Shown here in pieces: positions 1 to 8,094 of a stretch of DNA of 60,429 nucleotides; positions within the stretch are counted from its first letter, which is position 1, and each line of letters opens with the position of its first letter. The notes under the pieces are model-generated. The model saw only the letters and a list, made by a program, of their open reading frames with translations. It had not been told where the DNA came from and did not search any database. Made by a program: the position numbers and the translations under genes. This stretch comes from a virus (Duplodnaviria > Caudoviricetes), in the IMG/VR virus record IMGVR_UViG_3300045996_001806, positions 1-60,429 of that record. One strand, written 5' to 3'.

Positions 1-5
1 GCCCG

Positions 6-240
6 CGTTTACTTGTCCGGACGAGTCGGGACAGGTGCGGACGGGTCATGTCCCGGGGCATATGCCTACGTGGCCCCGTTTACCTGTCCCCCCCTGTAAG
101 GGGGGCAGGTGCGGGACGGGTGCCACCCTCGAGGGCGGGGGAGGTGTCCCGTAGGCGGGACAGGTGGAAGGGCGGAAGGGCCGCGCCCGGATTCACTCTC
201 GCCCCCCTCGCGCGATTCCATGCCGCGGGCAGGTGCGGAC
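6..240. repeat. Iteron-like GG(G)(A/G)CAGGTG repeats in a G-skewed non-coding region
   Basis: GGGACAGGTG at 28-37 and 157-166, GCAGGTGCGG at 105-114 and 229-238, inverted TACCTGTCCC at 81-90, CGTTTAC(T/C)TGTCC at 6-18 and 77-89. Confidence 0.6.
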
Positions 241-450
241 CCCTGTCGCCCCTCGAGCGGCGGAGCGGGCCACGTACCGCGGCACGGGGCACGGGGGCAC
301 GGGCCGCCCGTGGCGGGGCACGGCGGGGCCAGGGCGGGCATGTGGCAGGGCGGGCGGGTCGACGGGTGGCGGGGCCGCGGCCGCCGTCCGGACTCAGTGC
401 CCCCGGGGCAGGGCCGAAACCGGGGCGCGACCCCCCGCTCACCGTAAGAA

Positions 451-477
451 AAAACCCAACCCTGGGAGTCCTCGCGG
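451..477 (+). repeat. Copy 1 of motif AAAACCCA-N6-GGAGT-N-CTCGCGG
   Basis: Same conserved blocks and spacing as copies at 56375-56401 and 57507-57533. Confidence 0.7.
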
Positions 478-630
478 CCCCAGATCTGTCACCATGCTGC
501 CCATGCCCGGCCTCGAGCCTCATTGCGAACCCTCGTCCGCGGCGCTCGAGCTCCATCGGTCGCGACCACAGGGTGCGCCGACGCCGAGGCCTGCACAAGG
601 TCTACGGACAGGCCGGACAGGTGTTCGCCA

Positions 631-888
631 GTGAGCGACGAGCACATTCGCTCGAGCGGCGGCTTCCTCGTGCCCGAGCTGTACCGCGAGCAGGTCGCCG
701 GTCAGATCCGCGATTCCCTGCCGACCTTCGAGGCGGCCCGAGGCGGCTTCGACTGGAACCGCGAGCCCGGAGCGCCTCCGTCCCGCTGGCAAAAGCGGAA
801 GTGGCGCTGGAGCGCGCGGCTGAACGCTCGTCGGCAGCGGCTGGCTCTGCGCATCGCGCCCTGGCTCGAGCGCGACCCCTGGGAGTGA
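631..888 (+). CDS. Hypothetical protein
   Basis: GTG start in a GTGA overlap, typical codon usage; contains SSGGFLVPE. Confidence 0.6.
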   Translation: MSDEHIRSSGGFLVPELYREQVAGQIRDSLPTFEAARGGFDWNREPGAPPSRWQKRKWRWSARLNARRQRLALRIAPWLERDPWE

Positions 889-937
889 GCTCGTGGCGCT
901 TGTGCGACTGCCGACCAGGCTGCGAACATCCCCGGCC

Positions 938-1144
938 GTGACGTTCAGGCCCGAGCAGGAAGCGCAGGTGCGTGCGATCGTTCGCGAGGAGATCGCTTCT
1001 CTCGCCGGCAAGGCTCTTCGCCGCACGCAGGACCTCGAGTTCTCCCGTTCGCCGGAGCGCAACCTGGCCCTCGAGGTCGCCAACGAGCAGGCCGCGCAAC
1101 TGTGGGGCGAGGTGCTCGCCGAGTACCGCCGCGAAGAGTCCTGA
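938..1144 (+). CDS. Hypothetical protein
   Basis: GTGA-coupled start, TGATG coupling to next gene. Confidence 0.65.
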   Translation: MTFRPEQEAQVRAIVREEIASLAGKALRRTQDLEFSRSPERNLALEVANEQAAQLWGEVLAEYRREES

Positions 1145-1383
1145 TGCATGGCACCCGCGTGGAGATGTGGGAGGAGCTGTTCGCCACACCCGGCGCGTAC
1201 ATGCGCAAGGCCGACGGCACGTGGATGGCGAACACGCCGAACGGTCATCTGGGCAGCCTCGGCAAGCACGACGTCGAGGAGCACGAGGACGGGACGATCA
1301 CGGTCTCGCCGTCGATCCTCGTCAGCGATCACACCGGCGAGCTCTACCACGGGTTCCTGAAGCGCGGAGTCTGGGATCCGTAG
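1144..1383 (+). CDS. DUF6527-like small protein
   Basis: HEDGTITVSPSI...YHGFLKRGVW pattern. Confidence 0.6.
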   Translation: MHGTRVEMWEELFATPGAYMRKADGTWMANTPNGHLGSLGKHDVEEHEDGTITVSPSILVSDHTGELYHGFLKRGVWDP

Positions 1384-1400
1384 TGGCCTTCGTCCAGTGC

Positions 1401-1429
1401 TTGACATAGCGCCCGGATCTTCGTATCGT
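1401..1429 (+). promoter_or_regulatory. Sigma70/SigA-type promoter
   Basis: TTGACA-N17-TATCGT, 11 nt before ATG 1441. Confidence 0.8.
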
Positions 1430-1440
1430 CCGCGACGACG

Positions 1441-1719
1441 ATGGCGCTAGACGACGGAAACGTCACCCTCTCTGAGATCTCGCTCGAGCTGCGCGGGCCT
1501 CTGGTCGCCTCCCCGCCTTCCGGCGTGAGCGAAGCCGAGCTCGAGTCGAGCGTCCGCACGATGGCTCGCGGTGGGATCGAGGGCGCGATCAACGCGGTCA
1601 ACATGGTTCTGCCCGCAGGCTACGAGTTGCGCTTCGCGCGCACCGAGTCTGCCGAGTGGCCTGTCCCTGCCGATTCGGTCTCGGTCGAGACCGTGCGCGA
1701 GGAGCTCGAGCGCGGGTGA
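1441..1719 (+). CDS. Hypothetical protein
   Basis: ORF after promoter, coupled to next gene. Confidence 0.7.
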   Translation: MALDDGNVTLSEISLELRGPLVASPPSGVSEAELESSVRTMARGGIEGAINAVNMVLPAGYELRFARTESAEWPVPADSVSVETVREELERG

Positions 1720-1958
1720 GTGGCCAGGTCCTTACCGACAGCTCAGTCGGCTACGGCGGCGACCCGCGCAATCCCCGCATTCGCGTCGAGCGCCTCGGCT
1801 TCGGGCGCTATCGCTACGAGGCCTGGGCCGACGGCGTTCGCCGCGGTGCCGGCCGGGCGCCGAGGAAGAACTGGGCGCACCGCCAGGCCCTGTGCGCGAT
1901 CGAGTGCCTGGGGATCCACACCGGCTCGGATCTGCGCTGGTGGAGATGGGTCCTCTGA
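1716..1958 (+). CDS. Hypothetical protein
   Basis: GTGA and TGATG overlaps. Confidence 0.65.
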   Translation: MSGQVLTDSSVGYGGDPRNPRIRVERLGFGRYRYEAWADGVRRGAGRAPRKNWAHRQALCAIECLGIHTGSDLRWWRWVL

Positions 1959-2050
1959 TGGGCGGCCTGCTCGCCGACGGGATCTACCTCTCGAGCGGAG
2001 CGATCGTGCTCATCATCGCCGTGATCCTCGTGATCTGGCTTCTGCGATGA
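1958..2050 (+). CDS. Small single-TM membrane peptide (30 aa)
   Basis: MGGLLADGIYLSSGAIVLIIAVILVIWLLR, coupled at both ends. Confidence 0.6.
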   Translation: MGGLLADGIYLSSGAIVLIIAVILVIWLLR

Positions 2051-2418
2051 CGAGCGCCGTGGCGACGCCACAGCAGCACTGGCTCGTCGTGCTCACGATC
2101 GACAAAGAGCCGATCCGCGGTCTCATCGAGGGCGTCGTGCCGGCGGTCTACAAGCCGACCAGCGAGGCGCGCTGGTGCATGGTCAAGGCCGAGACCAAGG
2201 CGCGAGCGGTCGCGCTGGCCGAGGAGTCCTTCCGCCCCGAGCTCGCCGACGACGAATCGGTGTCCGCGGTCTCGGTCTCTGCGTGGTGCGAGTCCGAGGT
2301 CCTCGACGAGGCGGAGAAGCGCACGGATGTCCTGCGCGCGGTCGTCGCCGACTTCGACCGGCGCCGCTCGACGCGCTGGGGGCGCTTCCTGCTCTGGCTG
2401 CTGCGGAAGACCACGTGA
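2047..2418 (+). CDS. Hypothetical protein
   Basis: ATGA overlap, typical codon usage. Confidence 0.7.
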   Translation: MTSAVATPQQHWLVVLTIDKEPIRGLIEGVVPAVYKPTSEARWCMVKAETKARAVALAEESFRPELADDESVSAVSVSAWCESEVLDEAEKRTDVLRAVVADFDRRRSTRWGRFLLWLLRKTT

Positions 2419-2507
2419 TCGTCTGGGTCGCGAGCTTCGCCGGCGTCTACCTCGCGAGTCTCTGGTGGCTCGTCTACTGCGATCGCCAACGTGGCGAGAG
2501 GACGTGA
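2415..2507 (+). CDS. Small membrane peptide (30 aa)
   Basis: GTGA overlap, hydrophobic segment. Confidence 0.5.
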   Translation: MIVWVASFAGVYLASLWWLVYCDRQRGERT

Positions 2508-2558
2508 ACCGACGCATGTGGGAGGATCCGATGAACCACAACCAGAAGGGGGATCACG

Positions 2559-2702
2559 ATGCGCAAGCGCATCCTCGCGACGATCTTCGTGGCAGCGGTT
2601 CTGAGCGCGACAGCGGCTCAGGCTCAGAACGTCAAGACGTTCAAGGTGCAGCCGTACCCCGGCCCGACGGCGTACTCGGCAGGCGTCTCTCTCGCGCAGT
2701 AG
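2559..2702 (+). CDS. Small secreted peptide (47 aa)
   Basis: SD AAGGGGG; MRKRILATIFVAAVLSATAAQA is a signal peptide with an AQA cleavage site. Confidence 0.7.
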   Translation: MRKRILATIFVAAVLSATAAQAQNVKTFKVQPYPGPTAYSAGVSLAQ

Positions 2703-2715
2703 ACCCCGGCATCGC

Positions 2716-2748
2716 AGCCGCGCTCGACTCTGTGGCACGAGCGCGGCT
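2716..2748 (+). terminator. GC-rich hairpin (terminator or RNA stabiliser)
   Basis: Perfect 11-bp inverted repeat AGCCGCGCTCG/CGAGCGCGGCT just after stop 2702; no U tract. Confidence 0.45.
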
Positions 2749-2860
2749 CGAGCGGGCGTGGGAGTTCGAGCTGCGATGACCTGGCGATTCCCGGCGTCTT
2801 CGTCGCCTGCATCGCGCTGGTCGCCCCCTTCCTGGGTGCGCTGACCTTCGGGAGATGGGA

Positions 2861-3046
2861 ATGAGCGCATCCGAGAAGCTGAAGGCGCTGGACGGCGAAG
2901 TCGAGTGGCGTGTGCTCCGCGAGCAGATCGTGGCGGTGGTGGAGGCGGCGCAAGACCTCGCTGCTTATGCTCACGACAGCGACAATACGGAGAAGGCTGA
3001 GCGGGTGGACGCCGCCCTCGCTGCTCTCGACGAGGCGCTGTCGTGA
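2861..3046 (+). CDS. Hypothetical protein
   Basis: ORF with SD, coupled to next gene. Confidence 0.65.
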   Translation: MSASEKLKALDGEVEWRVLREQIVAVVEAAQDLAAYAHDSDNTEKAERVDAALAALDEALS

Positions 3047-3357
3047 GCCACGGAGCACCCGGATACCACTCGATGTCACCTGACCGCGCCCCGATGTCGC
3101 CGCCACCTGAGAACGACCCCCGCCTCGAAGCGATGGGCGACACGCCTAGATTCCTACTGGCTTACCATCCCGCCAGCGGGAAGATGTCTCGTGCTGAGGT
3201 CATCGACATCGCTCGCGATTATCTGGCCGACTTGGACGATGTACCTGACGAGGACTTCAAGGTCGTCTCGTCGCTACACCTACCTGCCGACGATCAGGTC
3301 TACGTCTTTGACGTGGCGCTCATCACTGACCTTTCGGGCGAACTGAGGCTGCGATGA
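3043..3357 (+). CDS. Hypothetical protein
   Basis: GTGA and ATGA overlaps. Confidence 0.6.
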   Translation: MSHGAPGYHSMSPDRAPMSPPPENDPRLEAMGDTPRFLLAYHPASGKMSRAEVIDIARDYLADLDDVPDEDFKVVSSLHLPADDQVYVFDVALITDLSGELRLR

Positions 3358-3551
3358 ATGACGAACGCCTCACAGCCCTGGGCGACACGCCTGGTTCTGA
3401 CGGCTGTGGGTGTACGCGGGTGATGCTGGAGCAGGAGCGCGACTGGCAGCGTACTCGCGGTGAAGCTTACGACGATCTCGTCGTTCTCGGTCGCTGCCCG
3501 CATGGTGTTGATCTCGACCGCGAGTTCTGCCCGAAGGGGTGTCGTGTGTGA
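3354..3551 (+). CDS. Hypothetical Cys-rich protein
   Basis: CGC...CPHG...CPKGC. Confidence 0.6.
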   Translation: MNDERLTALGDTPGSDGCGCTRVMLEQERDWQRTRGEAYDDLVVLGRCPHGVDLDREFCPKGCRV

Positions 3552-4219
3552 CTGAGCCACCCAACACCGAGGCGCTGACGGAGGGGGAGGCTGTGTCGAG
3601 GCGTAAAGTCGCCGGGCTGTCCCCCTCCGTGAGCGTCGAGGCTGCGCTGGCGACGGTGCGGGAGGATTTACTCGGCCACCGCAAGCTCGCGCGGCAGCTA
3701 TTCCAGATGATCCCGCGTGAGGTTTGGCGCGACCACGGCGGTGACGACGGGCAGGGCCACTATGAGGGCGAGTACCACGCGGAGCAGATCGAGCAGAGCC
3801 TCGTCGGGGACGACCTGCCCTCGGTCGCCGCCCTCGACGCCATCGCCTCCGAGCTAGAGCGGCAGCGGCGTGAGTGCGAGATGTTGACGGCCGAGAAGTC
3901 GGGGCAGAACGAGATCACCCGCCGTGAGATCGACCGCGCCGAGGCAGCCGAGGCCGAGCTAGAGCGAGTGCGCGAACGACTCGACGCTGAACAGAAGGAG
4001 CATGGCGAGACGCTGGCCGAGCTAGAGCGGGTGCGAGCGGAGCGGGATGGCGCTGAACTGATGCTGCGGGACGTACGCCGCGACTTGCAGGCCCACCTCG
4101 ACAGGGCGGTGGGGGCGCTGCGGGAGATCGCGGGGCCGTTCGGGGCGGAGTGGCCGGACGCTCAGGATCGCGCCCGCGCTGCCCTGGCCGAGATCGAGGA
4201 GTCCGATGTACCGCGGTGA
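3548..4219 (+). CDS. Coiled-coil hypothetical protein
   Basis: Repeated AELERVR heptads. Confidence 0.7.
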   Translation: MTEPPNTEALTEGEAVSRRKVAGLSPSVSVEAALATVREDLLGHRKLARQLFQMIPREVWRDHGGDDGQGHYEGEYHAEQIEQSLVGDDLPSVAALDAIASELERQRRECEMLTAEKSGQNEITRREIDRAEAAEAELERVRERLDAEQKEHGETLAELERVRAERDGAELMLRDVRRDLQAHLDRAVGALREIAGPFGAEWPDAQDRARAALAEIEESDVPR

Positions 4220-4406
4220 GGTTTGCGAGGACTGCGGCTTTCCGGTGGCGTTCTTCGTGAGCTCGTACTGGACGGCTCCTGACGAGTTGTGGCTCGCGGT
4301 CATGGGCACGGACGCGGGGATTCTCTGTCCGCCATGCTTCACCGGCAGGGCGAGGGACCAGGGCAAGTATGTGTCGTGGCGGGCCGAGATCGAGGAGTCC
4401 GGGTGA
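4206..4406 (+). CDS. Zn-finger hypothetical protein
   Basis: CEDC...W.APDELW...LCPPCF. Confidence 0.7.
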   Translation: MYRGEVCEDCGFPVAFFVSSYWTAPDELWLAVMGTDAGILCPPCFTGRARDQGKYVSWRAEIEESG

Positions 4407-4525
4407 CATCCGCCCCCCTCACGATTCTGCACTCCGTGCGCTGGAACCTGGCGAAGATCATCGCGCTGCTTGCCTGCGTGGTCTTCTGGGTGATCGTGCT
4501 CGAGCTCGCGTTTCGGGTCTTCTGA
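4403..4525 (+). CDS. Small membrane protein
   Basis: Hydrophobic helix, coupled at both ends. Confidence 0.55.
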   Translation: MTSAPLTILHSVRWNLAKIIALLACVVFWVIVLELAFRVF

Positions 4526-4641
4526 TGGATCTCTCCAACCCCATGATCTTCCTCTCGGCGTGCTGCGCCGGGATTCCGCTGCTCGTCGGCTGGGTCAAGC
4601 TCAAGATCTGGGACCTGCGCCGCGAGCGCGGCCTGCCGTGA
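4525..4641 (+). CDS. Small membrane protein
   Basis: Hydrophobic helix, coupled at both ends. Confidence 0.55.
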   Translation: MDLSNPMIFLSACCAGIPLLVGWVKLKIWDLRRERGLP

Positions 4642-5201
4642 TCCCGACGATCACCTGGCACCTGCCGCGCCCGCCGAAGTCGCGCTATCGCGGCGGCTTC
4701 CCGCTCCACTTCGAGGACAACCTGATCCAGCTACTCGGCTACCCCGAGCAGATCCTCCAGCCCTTCGGCGGGCGCGCCGAGCACGGGATTCGCGTCGACC
4801 TCGACCCGCTGACCGAACCCGATGTCGTGGCCGACGCGCACGAGCTCCCCTTCGCCGACGAGTCCTTCGACTGCGTGATCCTCGACCCGCCCTACTCCGA
4901 CGAGGAGGCGCTCGAGTTGTACGGGATCACCCGGCGCCTCGAGCCGGCGAAGTTCGTCGCCGAGGCCGTGCGCGTGCTTCGCCCCGGCGGCGATCTCGTC
5001 ATCTACACAGACCGCGAGCCTCGCCGCCCACCGCGCTGCAATCATCGCTGCCGGATCATGGTCACGCTTCGCCCCGGGCACTCACCGCGGGTGTGCATGG
5101 TCTTCCAGAAGCGAAAGCCCGGGATGCCGTTCTACGGGTCCGAGGCTGGCGAGGAGTTGCCGGACGCCGAGCCTTCTGTCATCCTCGGGGCCGCGCCGTA
5201 G
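4638..5201 (+). CDS. Amino (N6A/N4C) methyltransferase-like protein
   Basis: PFGG SAM-binding-like motif, DPPY catalytic motif, RVLRPGG. Confidence 0.75.
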   Translation: MIPTITWHLPRPPKSRYRGGFPLHFEDNLIQLLGYPEQILQPFGGRAEHGIRVDLDPLTEPDVVADAHELPFADESFDCVILDPPYSDEEALELYGITRRLEPAKFVAEAVRVLRPGGDLVIYTDREPRRPPRCNHRCRIMVTLRPGHSPRVCMVFQKRKPGMPFYGSEAGEELPDAEPSVILGAAP

Positions 5202-5265
5202 AGCAGTCCGGTAGCTCGCCTGGTTCATTGCCAGGAGGTCGCGGGTTCGAATCCCGCCGGCGCTA
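5192..5265 (+). tRNA. tRNA-fMet-like (anticodon CAT) with atypical anticodon arm; CCA not encoded
   Basis: Cloverleaf: CGCGCCG/CGGCGCT acceptor with C1:U72 mismatch, GAGC/GCTC D stem (A11:U24), CCTGG-TTCATTG-CCAGG, GCGGG-TTCGAAT-CCCGC. Confidence 0.9.
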
Positions 5266-5266
5266 T

Positions 5267-5365
5267 GTGATCCGCCGAATCTACATCCACATCATGCGGC
5301 ACCGTGGCAGGCATGTCCTGGCCGAGGACTGCTGGTGCAAGCCGCGCGTCGAGCGAGTGCCTTGA
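5267..5365 (+). CDS. Small His/Cys peptide (32 aa)
   Basis: VIRRIYIHIMRHRGRHVLAEDCWCKPRVERVP. Confidence 0.45.
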   Translation: MIRRIYIHIMRHRGRHVLAEDCWCKPRVERVP

Positions 5366-5390
5366 CATCGCGCTCGAGATGCCCTAGAGT
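5362..5390 (+). promoter_or_regulatory. Sigma70/SigA-type promoter
   Basis: TTGACA-N17-TAGAGT; flanks resemble the 1401 promoter. Confidence 0.8.
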
Positions 5391-5392
5391 CC

Positions 5393-5487
5393 CCGACCTG
5401 CTCGAGTAGGTTGATGCGACGCCCTTCGGGGCCTAGCGGACGAAAGAGCAGCCGGCAGGGCCTCCTTCGGGAGGCTCTCGTCGTTTG
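5393..5487 (+). ncRNA. Candidate small structured RNA
   Basis: Own promoter, CTGCTC/GAGCAG helix, GCCC-UUCG-GGGC hairpin, terminal UUCG hairpin followed by a U-rich tail. Confidence 0.5.
5458..5487 (+). terminator. Intrinsic terminator
   Basis: GGGCCTCC-TTCG-GGAGGCTC followed by TCGTCGTTT. Confidence 0.65.
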
Positions 5488-5522
5488 TGGGGCGCCGATT
5501 CGCACGCTACGCTCGCGCCCAC

Positions 5523-6137
5523 ATGGCCAAGTGGGACTTTCCCTCGGAGGAGCAGCAGGAGCGCTTCCTCGCCGAGATCGCCGACGGGAAGACCCGCCAG
5601 GAGGCCGCGGAGATCGTCGGCTCGAGCTCGACCAAGTTCCGCACGCTGATGAACTCGCAGAAGCCCGAGGGCCTCGCGTTCGCCGCGCGCTACCTGGAGG
5701 TGCTCGAGGAGGTCGGCAAGTCTCCGAGCCCGCTCGCCGGGCGCATCCGCGAGATGGAGGGCGTGCAACTTGCCCACCGCGCGCTCGACGAGTTCATCAT
5801 GCGCGCCCTGGACGCCGAGCGCGGCAAGGCCTCGCCCTCGGGCAACCGGATGCTCTACCAACTCTCCCTGCTCAAGGTCGAGGACTTCAAGCCGCTGCTC
5901 GAGGCCCGGACCCGGCACATCCACGAGGGTGCGGTCGGGATCTACCAGATGCCGCAGATCGACACGGCCAAGTGGTCGCTCGAGCAGCACCGCGAGTTCG
6001 TCGCGCTGCGCAAGCGTCTCTCGGAGCTCGTCGCGCTCGCTCAGCCCGACAGCGCCCAGCCGCCGCGCGAGTTGCCGGTCGGCGCTGACGACATCGAGGG
6101 CGAGGCCGTCGAGATCGAGGACGCGGCGGTCGCCTAG
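5523..6137 (+). CDS. terS: Terminase small subunit (putative)
   Basis: N-terminal HTH (QERFLAEIADGKTRQEAAEIVG), directly upstream of and coupled to terL. Confidence 0.7.
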   Translation: MAKWDFPSEEQQERFLAEIADGKTRQEAAEIVGSSSTKFRTLMNSQKPEGLAFAARYLEVLEEVGKSPSPLAGRIREMEGVQLAHRALDEFIMRALDAERGKASPSGNRMLYQLSLLKVEDFKPLLEARTRHIHEGAVGIYQMPQIDTAKWSLEQHREFVALRKRLSELVALAQPDSAQPPRELPVGADDIEGEAVEIEDAAVA

Positions 6138-7765
6138 TGCTCATCGACGCGCATGACGACGCCATCGAGGCGGACCTCGAGCGGCGCGAGCAGGGCCTGT
6201 CGCTGATCGACGAGGGCGCCGAGCTCTCGAAGAGCCTCTTTCCCTTCGTCCGCGCCTCCTGGCACGTGCTTCGCCCAGACGACGCCTTCGTCAACAACTG
6301 GCACCTGGGCGCGATGTCTGAGGTGCTCGAGGCCATCACTGACGGCGAGCTCGATCGGGTGTTCATCTGGGTGCCTCCCGGCTCGATGAAGACGATCGAG
6401 GTCGACGTCTGCTGGCCTGCCTGGGAGTGGACGAAGCGACCGAGCCTGCGCTACCTGACCTGCTCCTACGACCAGGAGATCCAGATCGAGCAGGGCATGA
6501 TCCCGTCGCGCGATCTCATCCTCTCGGACTGGTACCAGCAGCGCTGGCCGCACGTGGTCCTGAAAGAGACCCGCCGTGCCGCGTACACGAACACCCGCGG
6601 AGGCGCGCGCTGGGCCGCGGCGCCGAACGCGAAGAAGGTCACGGGCCGACACGTGCACCGGATCATCCTCGACGACCCCAACGATGCGAACTCCGCCGAG
6701 GGCGACTCCGACGCCGAGATGCAGCGGATCAACGACTGGCACGACTCGACGCTCGGCACCCGTCTACTCAAGGGCGGCGCGAAGGTCGTCATCCAGCAGC
6801 GCCTACACGAGAACGATCTCTCCGGCCACCTGCTCGAAAAGGACGAGGGCCGCTGGTACAAGCTCTGCCTCCCCGAGCGCTACGACCCCAAGCACCAGTT
6901 CGTGTGGCCCGAGGATCCCCGCACCGAGGAGGGCGAGCTTCTGTGGCCGACGCTCTTCGACTCTCAGCGCCACGAAGAGCGCGTCTCGATCATGGGTGCG
7001 CGTCGCGCGTCGGGGCAGCTTCAGCAGGAGCCCTCTCCGCGTGTCGGCGAGATCCTCAAGCGCACGGGCTGGCGCTACTACCTGCCCGAGCACCTCGAGC
7101 TGATCGAAGAGGGCGCCTTCGACGATCTGCCCGCCGAATCGCCCTTCCGCCGCCTGCGCATGATCCTGATCTCCTGGGACACCTCGCTGAAGGAGCTCAA
7201 CTCTTCCGACGACGCGGCCGGCGGGATCTGGGGAATCCTCGAAGGCGATCGCTTCCTGCTCAAGACCCGGGTCGACAAGATGAACAAGTCGTCCACGAAG
7301 ACCGCGATGCTCGAGCAGCGCGAGTGGGCGCTCGCTCGCTTCCCGCACGCAGCGCACCGCCTGCTCATCGAGAAGAAGTCGAACGGGGTCGAGATCATCG
7401 CCGACTTCCGGCGCACTGTCCCTGGTCTAGCGGTATACAACCCCGGCGACCTGGACAAGATCGCGCGCGCCAAGAACGCCGAGGGCGACTTCGATTCGGG
7501 CAACGTCTGGATCTGCGGCGCGCCCAACGGAGACGGCACCGACTACGACCCCGCGCGCACTCCAGCCTGGGCTCAGAAGGTGATCGAGCAGTGCGCGAAG
7601 TTCCCCAAGGGCCGTGAGGACGATCTCGTCGACATGACGACGCAGGCGATCAACTGGGTGCGCTTCAAGGGCCAGCGCAGGGCCACCATGCACTCGCCCG
7701 AGGAGGTCCTGCTGCCGGCGCTGGCGGGTATCCCCTCCGGAGCCGGTTCTATAGTGCGCGCGTGA
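6137..7765 (+). CDS. terL: Terminase large subunit
   Basis: PPGSMKT Walker A, IILDDP Walker B, QQRLHEND, QQEP, SWDT, FPKGREDDLVD nuclease motif. Confidence 0.95.
   Translation: MLIDAHDDAIEADLERREQGLSLIDEGAELSKSLFPFVRASWHVLRPDDAFVNNWHLGAMSEVLEAITDGELDRVFIWVPPGSMKTIEVDVCWPAWEWTKRPSLRYLTCSYDQEIQIEQGMIPSRDLILSDWYQQRWPHVVLKETRRAAYTNTRGGARWAAAPNAKKVTGRHVHRIILDDPNDANSAEGDSDAEMQRINDWHDSTLGTRLLKGGAKVVIQQRLHENDLSGHLLEKDEGRWYKLCLPERYDPKHQFVWPEDPRTEEGELLWPTLFDSQRHEERVSIMGARRASGQLQQEPSPRVGEILKRTGWRYYLPEHLELIEEGAFDDLPAESPFRRLRMILISWDTSLKELNSSDDAAGGIWGILEGDRFLLKTRVDKMNKSSTKTAMLEQREWALARFPHAAHRLLIEKKSNGVEIIADFRRTVPGLAVYNPGDLDKIARAKNAEGDFDSGNVWICGAPNGDGTDYDPARTPAWAQKVIEQCAKFPKGREDDLVDMTTQAINWVRFKGQRRATMHSPEEVLLPALAGIPSGAGSIVRA
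7750..7755 (+). promoter_or_regulatory. -10 element of a probable leaderless promoter
   Basis: TATAGT 6 nt before GTG 7762. Confidence 0.5.
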
Positions 7766-8094
7766 GTGTGGCCAACGCGGGAGTTGTCTTCATCTGCGAT
7801 GACGGTGAGGATGGCTGCGGCGCCAGCTTCGTAGCAAAGCGGCGCTACGCGGACTACATCCGCCGGGGTGTCCATAGACAGCTCTGCCGCCGCTGCGCTC
7901 GAGATGCCCTTCGCACCAAGCCGAAAGAGCCGCCGACAGAGGCCGACCTGATCTTCTGGCTCGAGCGCTTCGACGACGAGGACATCGCGCTCTTCGTCAT
8001 CGCGTTCTTCTCCGACGCCGAGTTCGACCCAGAGCCGATCGCGCTTCGCCGCGCCGAGCTCATGGGCGCGAACGTTCTCGCCGCGACAGGATGA
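7762..8094 (+). CDS. Zn-finger hypothetical protein
   Basis: CDDGEDGC...LCRRC. Confidence 0.65.
   Translation: MSVANAGVVFICDDGEDGCGASFVAKRRYADYIRRGVHRQLCRRCARDALRTKPKEPPTEADLIFWLERFDDEDIALFVIAFFSDAEFDPEPIALRRAELMGANVLAATG

Noticed and set aside
48-941. Long ORFs over the left end and long antisense ORFs elsewhere (e.g. 19398-20951, 42217-43806)
   Set aside because: They are Arg/Gly/Pro-rich shadow frames expected at high GC and overlap better-supported genes.
2700-2864. Start-less hydrophobic frame after TAG 2700; genome-wide TAG recoding
   Set aside because: Many genes clearly end in TAG with coupled downstream starts, and no suppressor tRNA is present. This frame may be a frameshifted remnant.
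5398-5451. Hammerhead ribozyme (TTGATGC...CGAAA)
   Set aside because: The core is not CUGAUGA, there is no stem I, and the UH cleavage motif is missing.
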